Below are positions 48,872 through 57,701 of a DNA stretch of 64,000 nt, piece by piece. Made by a program: the position numbers and the translations under genes. Source of the DNA: Thermoplasmata archaeon (GTDB taxonomy: Archaea; Thermoplasmatota; Thermoplasmata; Thermoplasmatales; Thermoplasmataceae); assembly GCA_021809755.1 (NCBI GenBank), contig JAJZJZ010000001.1, positions 24,204 through 88,203 of the forward strand. The letters run 5' to 3'. Positions within the stretch are counted from its first letter, which is position 1; the number at the start of each line of letters is the position of its first letter. The notes beneath the pieces are model-generated. The model saw only the letters and a program-made list of their open reading frames with translations, ran no database searches and was not told where the DNA came from.

Positions 48872-49771
48872 CTAAGACGAAGTCGAATTATTTTCAAGTC
48901 TCATCAAAGAATCTAGGGAATTAGTAACAAACGAGTCGGGTATGTGTTCCATAGTCGTAATGGGAAGCGGAATTTTCCCACCAATTTTATGTTTCCTATA
49001 AAATAGGTAATAATATGAAGAGGGGAAAGGATAAGAATTTAAAATTCTAAACACGAAATCTAGGTTTCTCTGAGCTTCTTCGGCACCTTTGAAGTCATTT
49101 TCTACATATAGGTTTAGTACCTTTTTAGCGGCAGACGAAATGTTTGTTGATCCACAGACTCCGCCACTAGAACCAGCCACAAGAGACTGAAGAAGTAAAT
49201 CATCCTGTCCTTGATAAACAGGTATTTTAGAACCGAACTTGTAAATTATGTCATTAAAATATCTAATATTGCCTGAACTTTCCTTAATCCCCCTTATCTT
49301 TCCACCTGCGGTATCAATGATTGATTCAATAGTCTGTGCTTCTATGGTAACGCCTGCAAGTTGCGGTATATTATAAATTATGAAATTTGCATCAACTCTA
49401 GAGATAACTTCACTAAAATGCTTGATAATCCAAGGCTGCTCTGGCTTGATGTAATAAGTGGGTTGAAGGACCATGCTGGTAAATCCGAGATCAAAAGCAT
49501 ATTTTGCCAATTCCACGGATTCTTCTGTGTTTTGGCTGCCAATGCCTACAAACGTTTCTTTCTTTTCTGATTCCTCTGATACAATATTCAGGAATTTCTT
49601 TTTCTTATCCATAGTCAAAAGTGAAAAAAGTCCAGTGCTTCCCAATGGAAATATAGAATTTATACCCATTTCCGTAAGATCTGACATAAGCAGTTTGTAA
49701 TATTCTCTACTTGGTTCATAAGAACTATCAAGGGGTGTTATGAGAGGGCATATTAACTTGAACTTATTCAT
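48872..49771 (-). CDS. DapA/N-acetylneuraminate lyase family class I aldolase (possibly 2-keto-3-deoxygluconate aldolase)
   Basis: PLGSTGL (GTTGE-like), IIYNIPQLAGV, and the Schiff-base Lys region RGIKESSGN. Confidence 0.65.
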   Translation of the reverse strand: MNKFKLICPLITPLDSSYEPSREYYKLLMSDLTEMGINSIFPLGSTGLFSLLTMDKKKKFLNIVSEESEKKETFVGIGSQNTEESVELAKYAFDLGFTSMVLQPTYYIKPEQPWIIKHFSEVISRVDANFIIYNIPQLAGVTIEAQTIESIIDTAGGKIRGIKESSGNIRYFNDIIYKFGSKIPVYQGQDDLLLQSLVAGSSGGVCGSTNISSAAKKVLNLYVENDFKGAEEAQRNLDFVFRILNSYPFPSSYYYLFYRKHKIGGKIPLPITTMEHIPDSFVTNSLDSLMRLENNSTSS

Positions 49772-49912
49772 TGTTGATCATGTATTCATCCTTTATCTTG
49801 ATTATTATGAGACATAATTCCAAATGAAAGTCAAATAAAATAGCTTGCCATAGTAAATAGATCGAGTTCAGACTTGCCAAAGATTATTTATTTTTCTTTA
49901 ATAAAGGGGTAG

Positions 49913-50497
49913 ATGAGAAACAAAATAGTGGTAATTATTATTACATTTATACTATTATATTCATTTCTATTCACTTTGGAAAACGGTGAACTAAGTCAAC
50001 ACGGTAATAGCGGTATAAATGAAAATCTACAATCATTTATAATAAAACAAAAACATTCTAATAATTTCTTAACAGATTCATATTATATATTTTTTAATGA
50101 ATCAGGGCTGCCATCGGGGTCAAACTGGTCCGTCTCACTTAAAAGTTCCCAAGGAAGTATTTCGGAATATACAGCATCAAGTCAGATAATATTTTATGTT
50201 TCGGGGGGAAACTACTCTGTCACAATTTATGTTCCAGATGGATATACTATAAATTCGCAATCAGGCAAATCATATTCCATAATCAATCAACAAAATAGTG
50301 CAGGTGGAGGAAAGAATATCTCTGTGGGATATATCAATGTCAATGGAAATGCGTATATTCCTGTGAGCGTGATAACTGACAATAATGGAAGTGATATAAT
50401 CATAGTAACTTCCATAATAGTATCTCTATTAGCAATACTTTTCGTATTATATTACTACACGAGGTATAACGCAAAAAACAAAATACAAACAAAATAG
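49913..50497 (+). CDS. small surface protein with N- and C-terminal TM segments (hypothetical)
   Basis: N-terminal TM VVIIITFILLYSFLF. FNESGLPSGSNWSVSL...GGNYSVTIYVPDGYT resembles the FxExGLPxGxxW beta-sandwich repeat of archaeal surface/thermopsin-like proteins. C-terminal TM. Confidence 0.4.
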   Translation: MRNKIVVIIITFILLYSFLFTLENGELSQHGNSGINENLQSFIIKQKHSNNFLTDSYYIFFNESGLPSGSNWSVSLKSSQGSISEYTASSQIIFYVSGGNYSVTIYVPDGYTINSQSGKSYSIINQQNSAGGGKNISVGYINVNGNAYIPVSVITDNNGSDIIIVTSIIVSLLAILFVLYYYTRYNAKNKIQTK

Positions 50498-50649
50498 AGT
50501 GAACAAATCAAACTAAGTGATTTCAAGTGAATTGAAAGCCACGATAAAAATAAAACCTCCTTTTGTAATCCACTTTATCAATGAACATGGAAAACTCTTT
50601 TTAACGGCCATATGGAAATCCTTATTACAGAAACTCGTAATATTGAATT

Positions 50650-51306
50650 GTGAAAGGCTCTTCCACGAATGCAGAAGATTACCTTAAATGCATAAATGAA
50701 TATATGGATTTACAAGGTTACGCTGCTCTAAAAGATATCGCATTGATTTTAGGTACCGTAAGACAAACGGTACTAGACGAAATCAAAATCCTAATGGATC
50801 GGGGACTTGTGCAGAGGAAGGAGAAGGGAAAATATGAACTCACAGAAACAGGTATGAAAGAGGCTTTTAAGTTCCTTAGAAAGCATCGAGTTGCGGAAAT
50901 TCTCCTTTGGAAAGGGCTTGGAATGAAATGGTCTGAGCTAGATGACCAAGCCATGGGCATAGAGCACGGTATGACCGAGGAAATAATTGAGAAGGTTTGC
51001 AAAAATTTTGGGTGTATAAAATGTCCACATGGTAACTATGTTCCAGATAAAAATGGAAATGTTAAAGAATCAAAGGATATAAAAGTCAGTGAATTCAATT
51101 CCTCCAGAAAAATAAAGGTATCAAGGGTAATATTTGAGAGCCCTGATATACTAAAATTTATGGAAAATAATGGTCTATATCCCGGTTCTAATTTGATAAT
51201 TGTAGATGAGGAACACATTAAAGTCGCTCCGGATATGGAATCTATCAAGGTTCCAGATAATTTTTTTCGTGCAGTAAGATTCACAAGCATTGAAGATAAT
51301 CAATAA
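50650..51306 (+). CDS. DtxR/MntR family metal-dependent transcription regulator with FeoA/SH3-like C-terminal domain
   Basis: NAEDYLKCINEY..., HTH ...DIALILGTVRQTVLDEIKILMDRGLV, HRVAEILL. GTG start at 50650. Confidence 0.8.
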   Translation: MKGSSTNAEDYLKCINEYMDLQGYAALKDIALILGTVRQTVLDEIKILMDRGLVQRKEKGKYELTETGMKEAFKFLRKHRVAEILLWKGLGMKWSELDDQAMGIEHGMTEEIIEKVCKNFGCIKCPHGNYVPDKNGNVKESKDIKVSEFNSSRKIKVSRVIFESPDILKFMENNGLYPGSNLIIVDEEHIKVAPDMESIKVPDNFFRAVRFTSIEDNQ

Positions 51307-51435
51307 AATAGAATAGACAATTTCCAACATATAAAAGAACTTCCTCAGATCGTCTTCGAAGATCACTCTTTATTTCTTAAATCTAATAGTTCTTAAATAT
51401 TAACATGGCATATCTTTAAATTCAGGAGACAAAGA

Positions 51436-51786
51436 ATGGTTGATAAAGCTAATGGAAAGTATACGAATTCTTCAGTAGAGGGAGAAGATCAGACAGTAAG
51501 AGTCATATTGCCAAATAAGAGAAAAGGGGAAATGTACGGGGTAGTCGAAAAACTGTCTGGGGCATCTCATCTAACGGTTATGTGTGAGGATGGTTTCACT
51601 AGAATTTCCAGAATTCCCGGTAAAATGAAGAAGAGAATGTGGATCAAAGAGAGAGATCTTGTGATCATAAAGCCATGGCAATTTCAATCAGAGAAGGCAG
51701 ATGTTGTATACAGATATACCCAAACTCAGGCTGGCTATTTAAGCAGAAACAGATTACTTCCTGACGTAATAGACATTTTCAAGTAA
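51436..51786 (+). CDS. eif1a: translation initiation factor aIF1A
   Basis: VRVILPNKRKGEMYGVVEKLSGASHLTVMCEDGFTRISRIPGKMKKRMWIKERDLVIIKPW is a typical aIF1A OB fold. Confidence 0.9.
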   Translation: MVDKANGKYTNSSVEGEDQTVRVILPNKRKGEMYGVVEKLSGASHLTVMCEDGFTRISRIPGKMKKRMWIKERDLVIIKPWQFQSEKADVVYRYTQTQAGYLSRNRLLPDVIDIFK

Positions 51787-51790
51787 TTTT

Positions 51791-52579
51791 ATGGATACCG
51801 ATAAAAGTGCATTAAAGCAGCTTCTGGAGGCAGGCGAGTTCAGGAGAGGGGATGACCCCGGCCGTAAAACAGTGGATAAGGTTTTTGATGCGAGGACTCT
51901 GGAAGCTCTATATGATGTAATGAAAAGGTTCAAAGTTGATTTAATCGATTATCCGGTTTCTACAGGAAAAGAATCAGTTGTTTTTAAGGCAATTGTAAGG
52001 AAAAAGAACATCGCAATCAAAATATACAAGATGTCCACGCTGGGATTCAATTCAGTAAGGGAATATATAGAAGGGGATTATCGTTTTGAAAAGGAGAAGT
52101 TATCCAGAGGGTCTATTGTATATGTATGGGCAAGAAAGGAATTCATTAATCTGAGAAATATGGAAGAACATGGTGTTAAATGTCCGGTTCCAATAGGAGT
52201 TCATAAAAACGTCCTCTTAATGCAATATCTAGGTACATCTCTTAAACCTGCTCCTCAGCTCAGAAACTATAATGGTGATGATATGGAAACGTACATACAT
52301 TCTGCAATGAATCAATATAAGCAAATGGTTGAAAAGGCTTTATTAATCCATGCGGACCTCAGTGAATATAACATATTATGCTACAGAAAAAATGCATACA
52401 TCATCGATGTCGGCCAGAGCGTTCCCATTACACATCCAATGGCTCATGAATTTCTAAAAAGAGACGTAAATAATATGATAATATTTGCAAAGAAAGCTGG
52501 TATTTTAGAGGAAGAACTGACTCTTCCATCGTTTTACCATAATTGGCCAGAGGATCCACACAAACTACTCAGAAAATAA
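51791..52579 (+). CDS. rio1: RIO-type serine/threonine protein kinase (Rio1)
   Basis: STGKESVVFKA (P-loop), catalytic HADLSEYNIL, metal-binding IIDVGQSV. Confidence 0.85.
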   Translation: MDTDKSALKQLLEAGEFRRGDDPGRKTVDKVFDARTLEALYDVMKRFKVDLIDYPVSTGKESVVFKAIVRKKNIAIKIYKMSTLGFNSVREYIEGDYRFEKEKLSRGSIVYVWARKEFINLRNMEEHGVKCPVPIGVHKNVLLMQYLGTSLKPAPQLRNYNGDDMETYIHSAMNQYKQMVEKALLIHADLSEYNILCYRKNAYIIDVGQSVPITHPMAHEFLKRDVNNMIIFAKKAGILEEELTLPSFYHNWPEDPHKLLRK

Positions 52580-52593
52580 TAATAAGGAAAATA

Positions 52594-53178
52594 ATGATAA
52601 TGAAAGAAATGGATACTTCAGAAACTACTCAAAATGAGATTGACCTTAAAATTCCCAGAGAGAGAGTAGGAGTGCTTATTGGCAAAGATGGAGAAATTAG
52701 AAAATTAATAGAAGAGAATGGTGAAATTAGTCTTCTTATAGATTCACGGGAAGGAGATGTGCGTATAATCCAGCGCGGGGATCCACTTAGGGCAAATATT
52801 AGTGCTGAGGTTGTAAAGGCGATTGGCAGAGGATTCAACCCAGAAAAAGCCATGTTTCTCTTCGATGAGAATTATCAGTTGATTGTTATGACTCTGAGAG
52901 AATACGCAAGAAAAGGCTCTAGGAGGATAGGGGAAATTAAGGGTAGAATAATTGGCAGAGAAGGGAAGACAAGAAAGGTGATAGAGGATTTAACCGGAAC
53001 CAGTATTTCGATATACGGTGATACTGTTTCCGTCATTGGTGATTATATTTCAATAAAATACTCTCTTGAAGCCATTAAGATGATTATAGAGGGAAGGAAG
53101 CAGAGAACAGTATATAATTTCCTTGAGGGAAACGTAAAGAAAATGAAGATGGAAAAGCTGGAAGAGGCATTCAGGTAA
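52594..53178 (+). CDS. KH-domain RNA-binding protein (Dim2/Pno1-like)
   Basis: Two KH-like units (RVGVLIGKDGEIRKLIEE; IGREGKTRKVIEDLTG). The conserved aIF1A-Rio1-KH gene order. Start taken at ATG 52594, after the Rio1 stop. Confidence 0.75.
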   Translation: MIMKEMDTSETTQNEIDLKIPRERVGVLIGKDGEIRKLIEENGEISLLIDSREGDVRIIQRGDPLRANISAEVVKAIGRGFNPEKAMFLFDENYQLIVMTLREYARKGSRRIGEIKGRIIGREGKTRKVIEDLTGTSISIYGDTVSVIGDYISIKYSLEAIKMIIEGRKQRTVYNFLEGNVKKMKMEKLEEAFR

Positions 53179-53282
53179 CCCAAAGCATACAATTAGGTCT
53201 CATAAAAAACCGAAGCAAATTCTGATTTTAAGACGGCGGTTATGGTACGATTTTTTCGCAAAGTCATCGTAAAACCTTAAGC

Positions 53283-53290
53283 TTATATGA
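53283..53290 (+). promoter_or_regulatory. putative TATA box for the tRNA gene
   Basis: TTATATGA is centred about 27 nt upstream of tRNA position 1 (53313). Confidence 0.35.
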
Positions 53291-53312
53291 TAAACGAGCA
53301 TTTCGATGATGA

Positions 53313-53387
53313 AGCGGGGTGGGGTAGTTAGGAAATCCCGACGGGCTCATAACCCGTAGATCGATGGTTCAAATCCATTCCCCGCTA
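53313..53387 (+). tRNA. tRNA-Met (CAT), initiator-type
   Basis: Manual cloverleaf. Acceptor stem AGCGGGG/CCCCGCT with A1:U72. Anticodon stem ACGGG/CCCGT has three G:C pairs next to the loop CTCATAA (anticodon CAT). T arm GATGG-TTCAAAT-CCATT. 75 nt, no encoded CCA, no intron. Confidence 0.88.
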
Positions 53388-54148
53388 TTGGTTTTCTCAA
53401 TCTCATTAAGAATAGATTCAAAATTTGATTTTCCTGTTAAGATCTTTCCAGTGAATCCAGAGCTTATTATTTTTTCCTTTGTGGGTTCTCCTATTGCATA
53501 AATTACGGTTTCTTTATGAATTTTAATTTTCTCATCCTTAAGAATTTTGAAGAATATGTTAGCTTCCATTGAAGAAGTAAGTATTATGGCACTCAGATCC
53601 TTGGACCTTAAGCAATTCAACAATGTCTCCCGATTCTCAAAATCTTCCAATATGTTATAAAGGACAATCTCAACGAAATCTCTTTTATCCATTTCAAGAA
53701 ATCTGTTAAGAATTGGGTTGCCTTTGTCGCTTCTCATAATTATGATCCTAGATTCTCTTGGAATTCTTTCCTTAAGAAGCTCAATAATTCCATTGGTGCT
53801 CTTATTCTCAGGAATATAAACGTTAATACCTTCTTTTATTAGAGGCTCTGCAGTGGAAGCTCCAATTGCAATAAAATTCAGATCTTTTCTGTGTAACCTT
53901 TTCCAAATGTCCTCTATAAAAATATTAGCTCCGTAACTGCTCGTAATAATTATAACATCAGGGTCGAATTTCTTTATTAATGCAATATGAGAAGAATCAA
54001 TTTTTCTCCTTTTTAGTTTGGTCAATGGAATGTTAATGAGATTGTAATGATAATGTTCTTTTTCTGAAGTAAATTTTTCAGCGGGTCTCGTACTCAGAAC
54101 GGTATAAGCATTTAAAATATTATTATTCTCTAGTTCTTTTTCCTTCAT
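53369..54148 (-). CDS. hemD: uroporphyrinogen-III synthase
   Basis: VLSTRP, IAIGASTAEPL and YAIGEPTKEKI half-domain motifs. Downstream of hemC. Start is ambiguous (ATG 54148 or 54199; both overlap the hemC 3' end). The last 6 codons are antisense to the tRNA. Confidence 0.65.
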   Translation of the reverse strand: MKEKELENNNILNAYTVLSTRPAEKFTSEKEHYHYNLINIPLTKLKRRKIDSSHIALIKKFDPDVIIITSSYGANIFIEDIWKRLHRKDLNFIAIGASTAEPLIKEGINVYIPENKSTNGIIELLKERIPRESRIIIMRSDKGNPILNRFLEMDKRDFVEIVLYNILEDFENRETLLNCLRSKDLSAIILTSSMEANIFFKILKDEKIKIHKETVIYAIGEPTKEKIISSGFTGKILTGKSNFESILNEIEKTNSGEWI

Positions 54149-55004
54149 AAAGCTCCCTACAAATGCCTTCAATTTTCGACAGATCATCCGAAAATCCATG
54201 TGAAAAATTTATTTCTCTCTCATTGGATATACAAATGTGATAGCTGTATCCATTTTCATTTGGGAGTATAAGAATACCAAAGGGAACTGTACACGATGCA
54301 CCCATTATTTTCATGCAGCGTCTCTCAGCTTGAAGTCTATCCATACTCCATGATTCTGAAAACTTTTTCAGATAGTTTGAAATTTCTGAATTCTTAAGGG
54401 CAGTTACCGCTATAATCCCCTGACCAGGTGCGGGGACAAATATGTCTTCCGGCAACTCAAACCCTTCTGGATTCAGCTTAAGTCTGTCTAGTCCTGCCTT
54501 TGCTAGAATTATCCCGTCGAGATTGGATTCATTTTTTTTTCTTATTCTTGTTTCAACGTTTCCCCTTATATTTACTACTTCAATGTCTGGTCTTATATGC
54601 TTGATTTCTGCCATTCTTCTAGCGGATGAGGTTCCTATTCTTCCGCCTTCTTTAATACTATTTAAATCATATTTTCCAACTAGAAAATCTTTGTAATTGT
54701 GGCCCTCAATCGCCATGCAAATTTCTATTTCCTCATTTAGAGTAGATGGAATATCCTTTGCACTATGAACTGCCAAATCTAATTTTCCATCCATAATCAT
54801 AGCGTTAAGTTTCTCTGTAAAAACACCGGTTCCCCCTATCTCGCTTAATGAAGATGTAAGATCAACATCCCCTTGGGATTTTACTTCAACAATTTTTGTT
54901 TTTATATCTGCCCAATCTACTGTATTTAGGAAAACTTTAGTCTGATTTAATGCGAGTTTGCTCCCTCTGGTTCCAATCTTAATTTCTGGAAGCTTCAATT
55001 CCAC
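54123..55004 (-). CDS. hemC: hydroxymethylbilane synthase (porphobilinogen deaminase)
   Basis: IKIGTRGSKLALNQT N-terminal signature. 293 aa. Confidence 0.9.
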   Translation of the reverse strand: MELKLPEIKIGTRGSKLALNQTKVFLNTVDWADIKTKIVEVKSQGDVDLTSSLSEIGGTGVFTEKLNAMIMDGKLDLAVHSAKDIPSTLNEEIEICMAIEGHNYKDFLVGKYDLNSIKEGGRIGTSSARRMAEIKHIRPDIEVVNIRGNVETRIRKKNESNLDGIILAKAGLDRLKLNPEGFELPEDIFVPAPGQGIIAVTALKNSEISNYLKKFSESWSMDRLQAERRCMKIMGASCTVPFGILILPNENGYSYHICISNEREINFSHGFSDDLSKIEGICRELYEGKRTRE

Positions 55005-56241
55005 CCTCCATTACTGTAGCAGCGATTTCAACATCTTCCGGAGAATGAAGAAATCCCACGAAATTCGTTTCGTATTGTCCTGGTGACAAGTATACTCCTT
55101 TCTGAAGGCAATATTTAAAAAAGCTCATGAATCTTTTACTGTCAGAAGCCATGGCCGATTTGAAATTATATACTCGGCTTCCCGTGAAGAAAATTTGGAA
55201 CATCGATTTATATTGGTTCAAAATTATTTCATGATCGGTTATGTATGGTTGGAGAATATTCGTTATTATGTCAGTCATTTTTCTTATATATTCATAATCT
55301 GCAGATTTGAGGTATTTAAGAGTTGCAAGGCCAGTAGCCATTGTGGCAGGGTTCGCTGAAAATGTTCCAGATTGATATACCTTTCCTAAAGGGCTTATCA
55401 TCTCCATTATTTTCTTTTTTCCGCCGAAAAGACCTATGGGGAGTCCTCCGCCTATTATTTTTCCCAAAATAGTTAGATCAGGGTTTAAACCTTCGATGTT
55501 CTGGTAACCTTTATAACCGAACCTGAATCCCGTTATTACTTCGTCAAGGATGAATAAAGCTCCATTTTCATGACATATTTTCTCAAGATTCTTAAGGTAA
55601 CCATCTTCTGGAGTAATAAGTCCTATATTTCCTAGAATAGGTTCAACAATAAGCGCAGCGATTTGATCTTTGTATTTCCTGAAGAGTGCTTCAGTGTCAG
55701 CAATATTGTTATAATCTGATATAAGAACCGTTTTTCCAATTTCCTCTGGTATTCCGGGCGATGAGGGAGTACCAAAGGTTAGAGCTCCGCTTCCTGCATT
55801 TATGAGCACATAATCATGCGACCCATGAAATCCTGCATTCATCTTTATAATTAATTTTCTACCAGTATAGGCTCTTGCAAGTCGTATGGCGTGCATTGTG
55901 GCTTCAGTCCCTGAATTTGTAAATCGCATCATTTCTATGGAGGGAATGCCTGCCTTAATCTCAATAGCAAGCTTTATTTCAAGTTCTGAGGGAACTCCAA
56001 GAGGCACGCTTAAATAGTCCATTTCGTGGATTTCAGAAATAATCTCTTCATTCCCGTAACCTGCGATCATTGCTCCAAATCCAAGATTAAAATCTAGATA
56101 TTCTTTTCCATCTACATCAAAAATTCTATCTCCCAGTGCCTTTCTAAAATAAACAGGATTTGGAGTATAAAATCTTACAGGGGAATTTACACCGCTTGGA
56201 AAGAGGTTTTTTGCCTTATTGAAAAGTTCGGCAGAATTCAT
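54979..56241 (-). CDS. hemL: glutamate-1-semialdehyde 2,1-aminomutase
   Basis: LFPSGVNSPVR, NSGTEATMHAIRLARAYTGR, and the PLP-Lys region LTILGKIIGGG. Confidence 0.9.
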   Translation of the reverse strand: MNSAELFNKAKNLFPSGVNSPVRFYTPNPVYFRKALGDRIFDVDGKEYLDFNLGFGAMIAGYGNEEIISEIHEMDYLSVPLGVPSELEIKLAIEIKAGIPSIEMMRFTNSGTEATMHAIRLARAYTGRKLIIKMNAGFHGSHDYVLINAGSGALTFGTPSSPGIPEEIGKTVLISDYNNIADTEALFRKYKDQIAALIVEPILGNIGLITPEDGYLKNLEKICHENGALFILDEVITGFRFGYKGYQNIEGLNPDLTILGKIIGGGLPIGLFGGKKKIMEMISPLGKVYQSGTFSANPATMATGLATLKYLKSADYEYIRKMTDIITNILQPYITDHEIILNQYKSMFQIFFTGSRVYNFKSAMASDSKRFMSFFKYCLQKGVYLSPGQYETNFVGFLHSPEDVEIAATVMEGGIEASRN

Positions 56242-56406
56242 TTGCAGGTATTATATCCGTGAATTTACGCTTTTCTTTTCATTAGTCCAATTTGATAAAA
56301 ATTCTAAAACAAATCCTATGGTAATAATACCATATAGGAACCATAGAGAAAAGTGTTAAAAATGCATACTCGTAAATGATAAAAAGCCTCTAGACATGGG
56401 TGCATA

Positions 56407-57420
56407 TTGAAAAGCTACGGTCTGTCTATACCAAGAGATAAATTCAATTATGTTTATAAATATCTTTATGAAAAACATTTACTTAGGTTAGACCTAAAGA
56501 TTATTTCCAGAGAAAAAATCCGAGTTCTACCAATTTTAAGCGTATTCAAATTAGAACAGTATGAATCAGAAATATTTGATTTCCCCTTATCCCATGCCGA
56601 TTCTGTCACAAATATCCTTGAAGAAGCAAGTAAGAATCTTAAAGAACCAATCAATGAAAAAATTGAATGGTACAGGTTGGGTAAGTGCATAATTTTGAAA
56701 CAATGGGGAAATAGTAAACAAGAGAAATTGGCTGCGCTTGAGCTCGTAAAAAAAGGAAAAGCCTCAGCAGTTTATAGGAAATCTGGTAAAATTACAGGTG
56801 AGAAGCGTAAACCCTCCATAGAATTACTTGCTGGGAAAGGAGGGGAAATGCAATATATAGAGAACGGTGTAAGGTATATATTCGATCCAGAAAAAATAAT
56901 GATAAGCAAGGGGAATTTAAGGGAAAGAAATTACATAGCATCGATTGGAATTAACCCAAAGAATGTTCTTGACATGTTTTCAGGTATAGGGTATTTTTCA
57001 CTTCCCATAGGGAAATACAAGAGACCTATAACGATGACATGCCTTGATGTAAATGAGGACGCTCTGCACTATTTAAAGACGGCAAGCGAATTAAACCGCA
57101 TATCCTCTAAGATAGATATTTTTAATCAAGATTGCAGGAGTTTTCATGGAAAAATAAGTTATGATCTTATCGTAATGGGTAATTTCAAGAGTTATTCATA
57201 TTTACCATATGCACTGAGGAACACTAAAGAGGAAGGTCGATTATTATTGCATATCATAGTTCCAACCGAAAAGATTGTAATTCTGAACTATCTAATTATG
57301 GAAAGAATAAGAAAATTTGGATACCGGGCCATTATAGAAAATGCCCATAAGGTGAAATCATTTTCACCGCATGTCTGGCACATGTCTGTAACAATTCTAA
57401 TACTTCAGTTAGAATTATAA
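56407..57420 (+). CDS. trm5: Trm5/Taw2 (Met-10+ like) tRNA methyltransferase
   Basis: SAM-binding VLDMFSGIGYFSLPIG. About 337 aa, as in archaeal Trm5. The only in-frame start near the 5' end is TTG 56407. Confidence 0.65.
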   Translation: MKSYGLSIPRDKFNYVYKYLYEKHLLRLDLKIISREKIRVLPILSVFKLEQYESEIFDFPLSHADSVTNILEEASKNLKEPINEKIEWYRLGKCIILKQWGNSKQEKLAALELVKKGKASAVYRKSGKITGEKRKPSIELLAGKGGEMQYIENGVRYIFDPEKIMISKGNLRERNYIASIGINPKNVLDMFSGIGYFSLPIGKYKRPITMTCLDVNEDALHYLKTASELNRISSKIDIFNQDCRSFHGKISYDLIVMGNFKSYSYLPYALRNTKEEGRLLLHIIVPTEKIVILNYLIMERIRKFGYRAIIENAHKVKSFSPHVWHMSVTILILQLEL

Positions 57421-57573
57421 AATATTATCTAATTTGTATTTCTGAGAAATGTTCTTTACAAGGAAGGAAGGTTATTTTTAATGGATGAGACTAACAAGGG
57501 GCAATTTTGAAAAACAGACATTAAGGATTTCTATAGAGAAATGATATATATTTTACCTTTTTTAGCCTGAAAA

Positions 57574-57581
57574 TTTAAATA
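57574..57581 (+). promoter_or_regulatory. putative TATA box of the kdp operon
   Basis: TTTAAATA is centred about 25 nt upstream of the kdpF TTG (57603), consistent with a leaderless transcript. Confidence 0.35.
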
Positions 57582-57602
57582 TACTTAGAAAATTAAAGTG
57601 GG

Positions 57603-57701
57603 TTGATTTCACTGAGCTATTGGGTAATACCATTAATACTAATCGTCGCTTTTACCTCGGGTTATCTTCTTTACAGCATTTATAGAGCTGAGAAATTATG
57701 A
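57603..57701 (+). CDS. kdpF: potassium-transporting ATPase small subunit KdpF (32 codons, not in supplied ORF track)
   Basis: TTG-initiated ORF (M)ISLSYWVIPLILIVAFTSGYLLYSIYRAEKL forms a single TM helix. The GYLLYSIYRAE tail resembles the E. coli KdpF end (GYLVYALINAE, from memory). Its stop TGA overlaps the kdpA ATG (ATGA). Confidence 0.6.
   Translation: MISLSYWVIPLILIVAFTSGYLLYSIYRAEKL

Noticed and set aside
51353-51362. 10-bp palindrome TCTTCGAAGA between the DtxR-family gene and aIF1A
   Set aside because: It has no loop for a hairpin, is too short, and is not DtxR-box-like. It is probably fortuitous.
53305-53312. ATGATGA (C-box-like, RUGAUGA) immediately 5' of the tRNA-Met, as a possible C/D box sRNA
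   Set aside because: There is no D box (CUGA) or C'/D' boxes at a suitable distance in or after the tRNA. A single 7-mer match is expected by chance.
56315-56338. Inverted repeat CCTATGGT-AATAAT-ACCATATAGG in the hemL/trm5 divergent intergenic region
   Set aside because: The arms are imperfect (a 2-nt indel), short and AT-rich. This is not distinguishable from chance.
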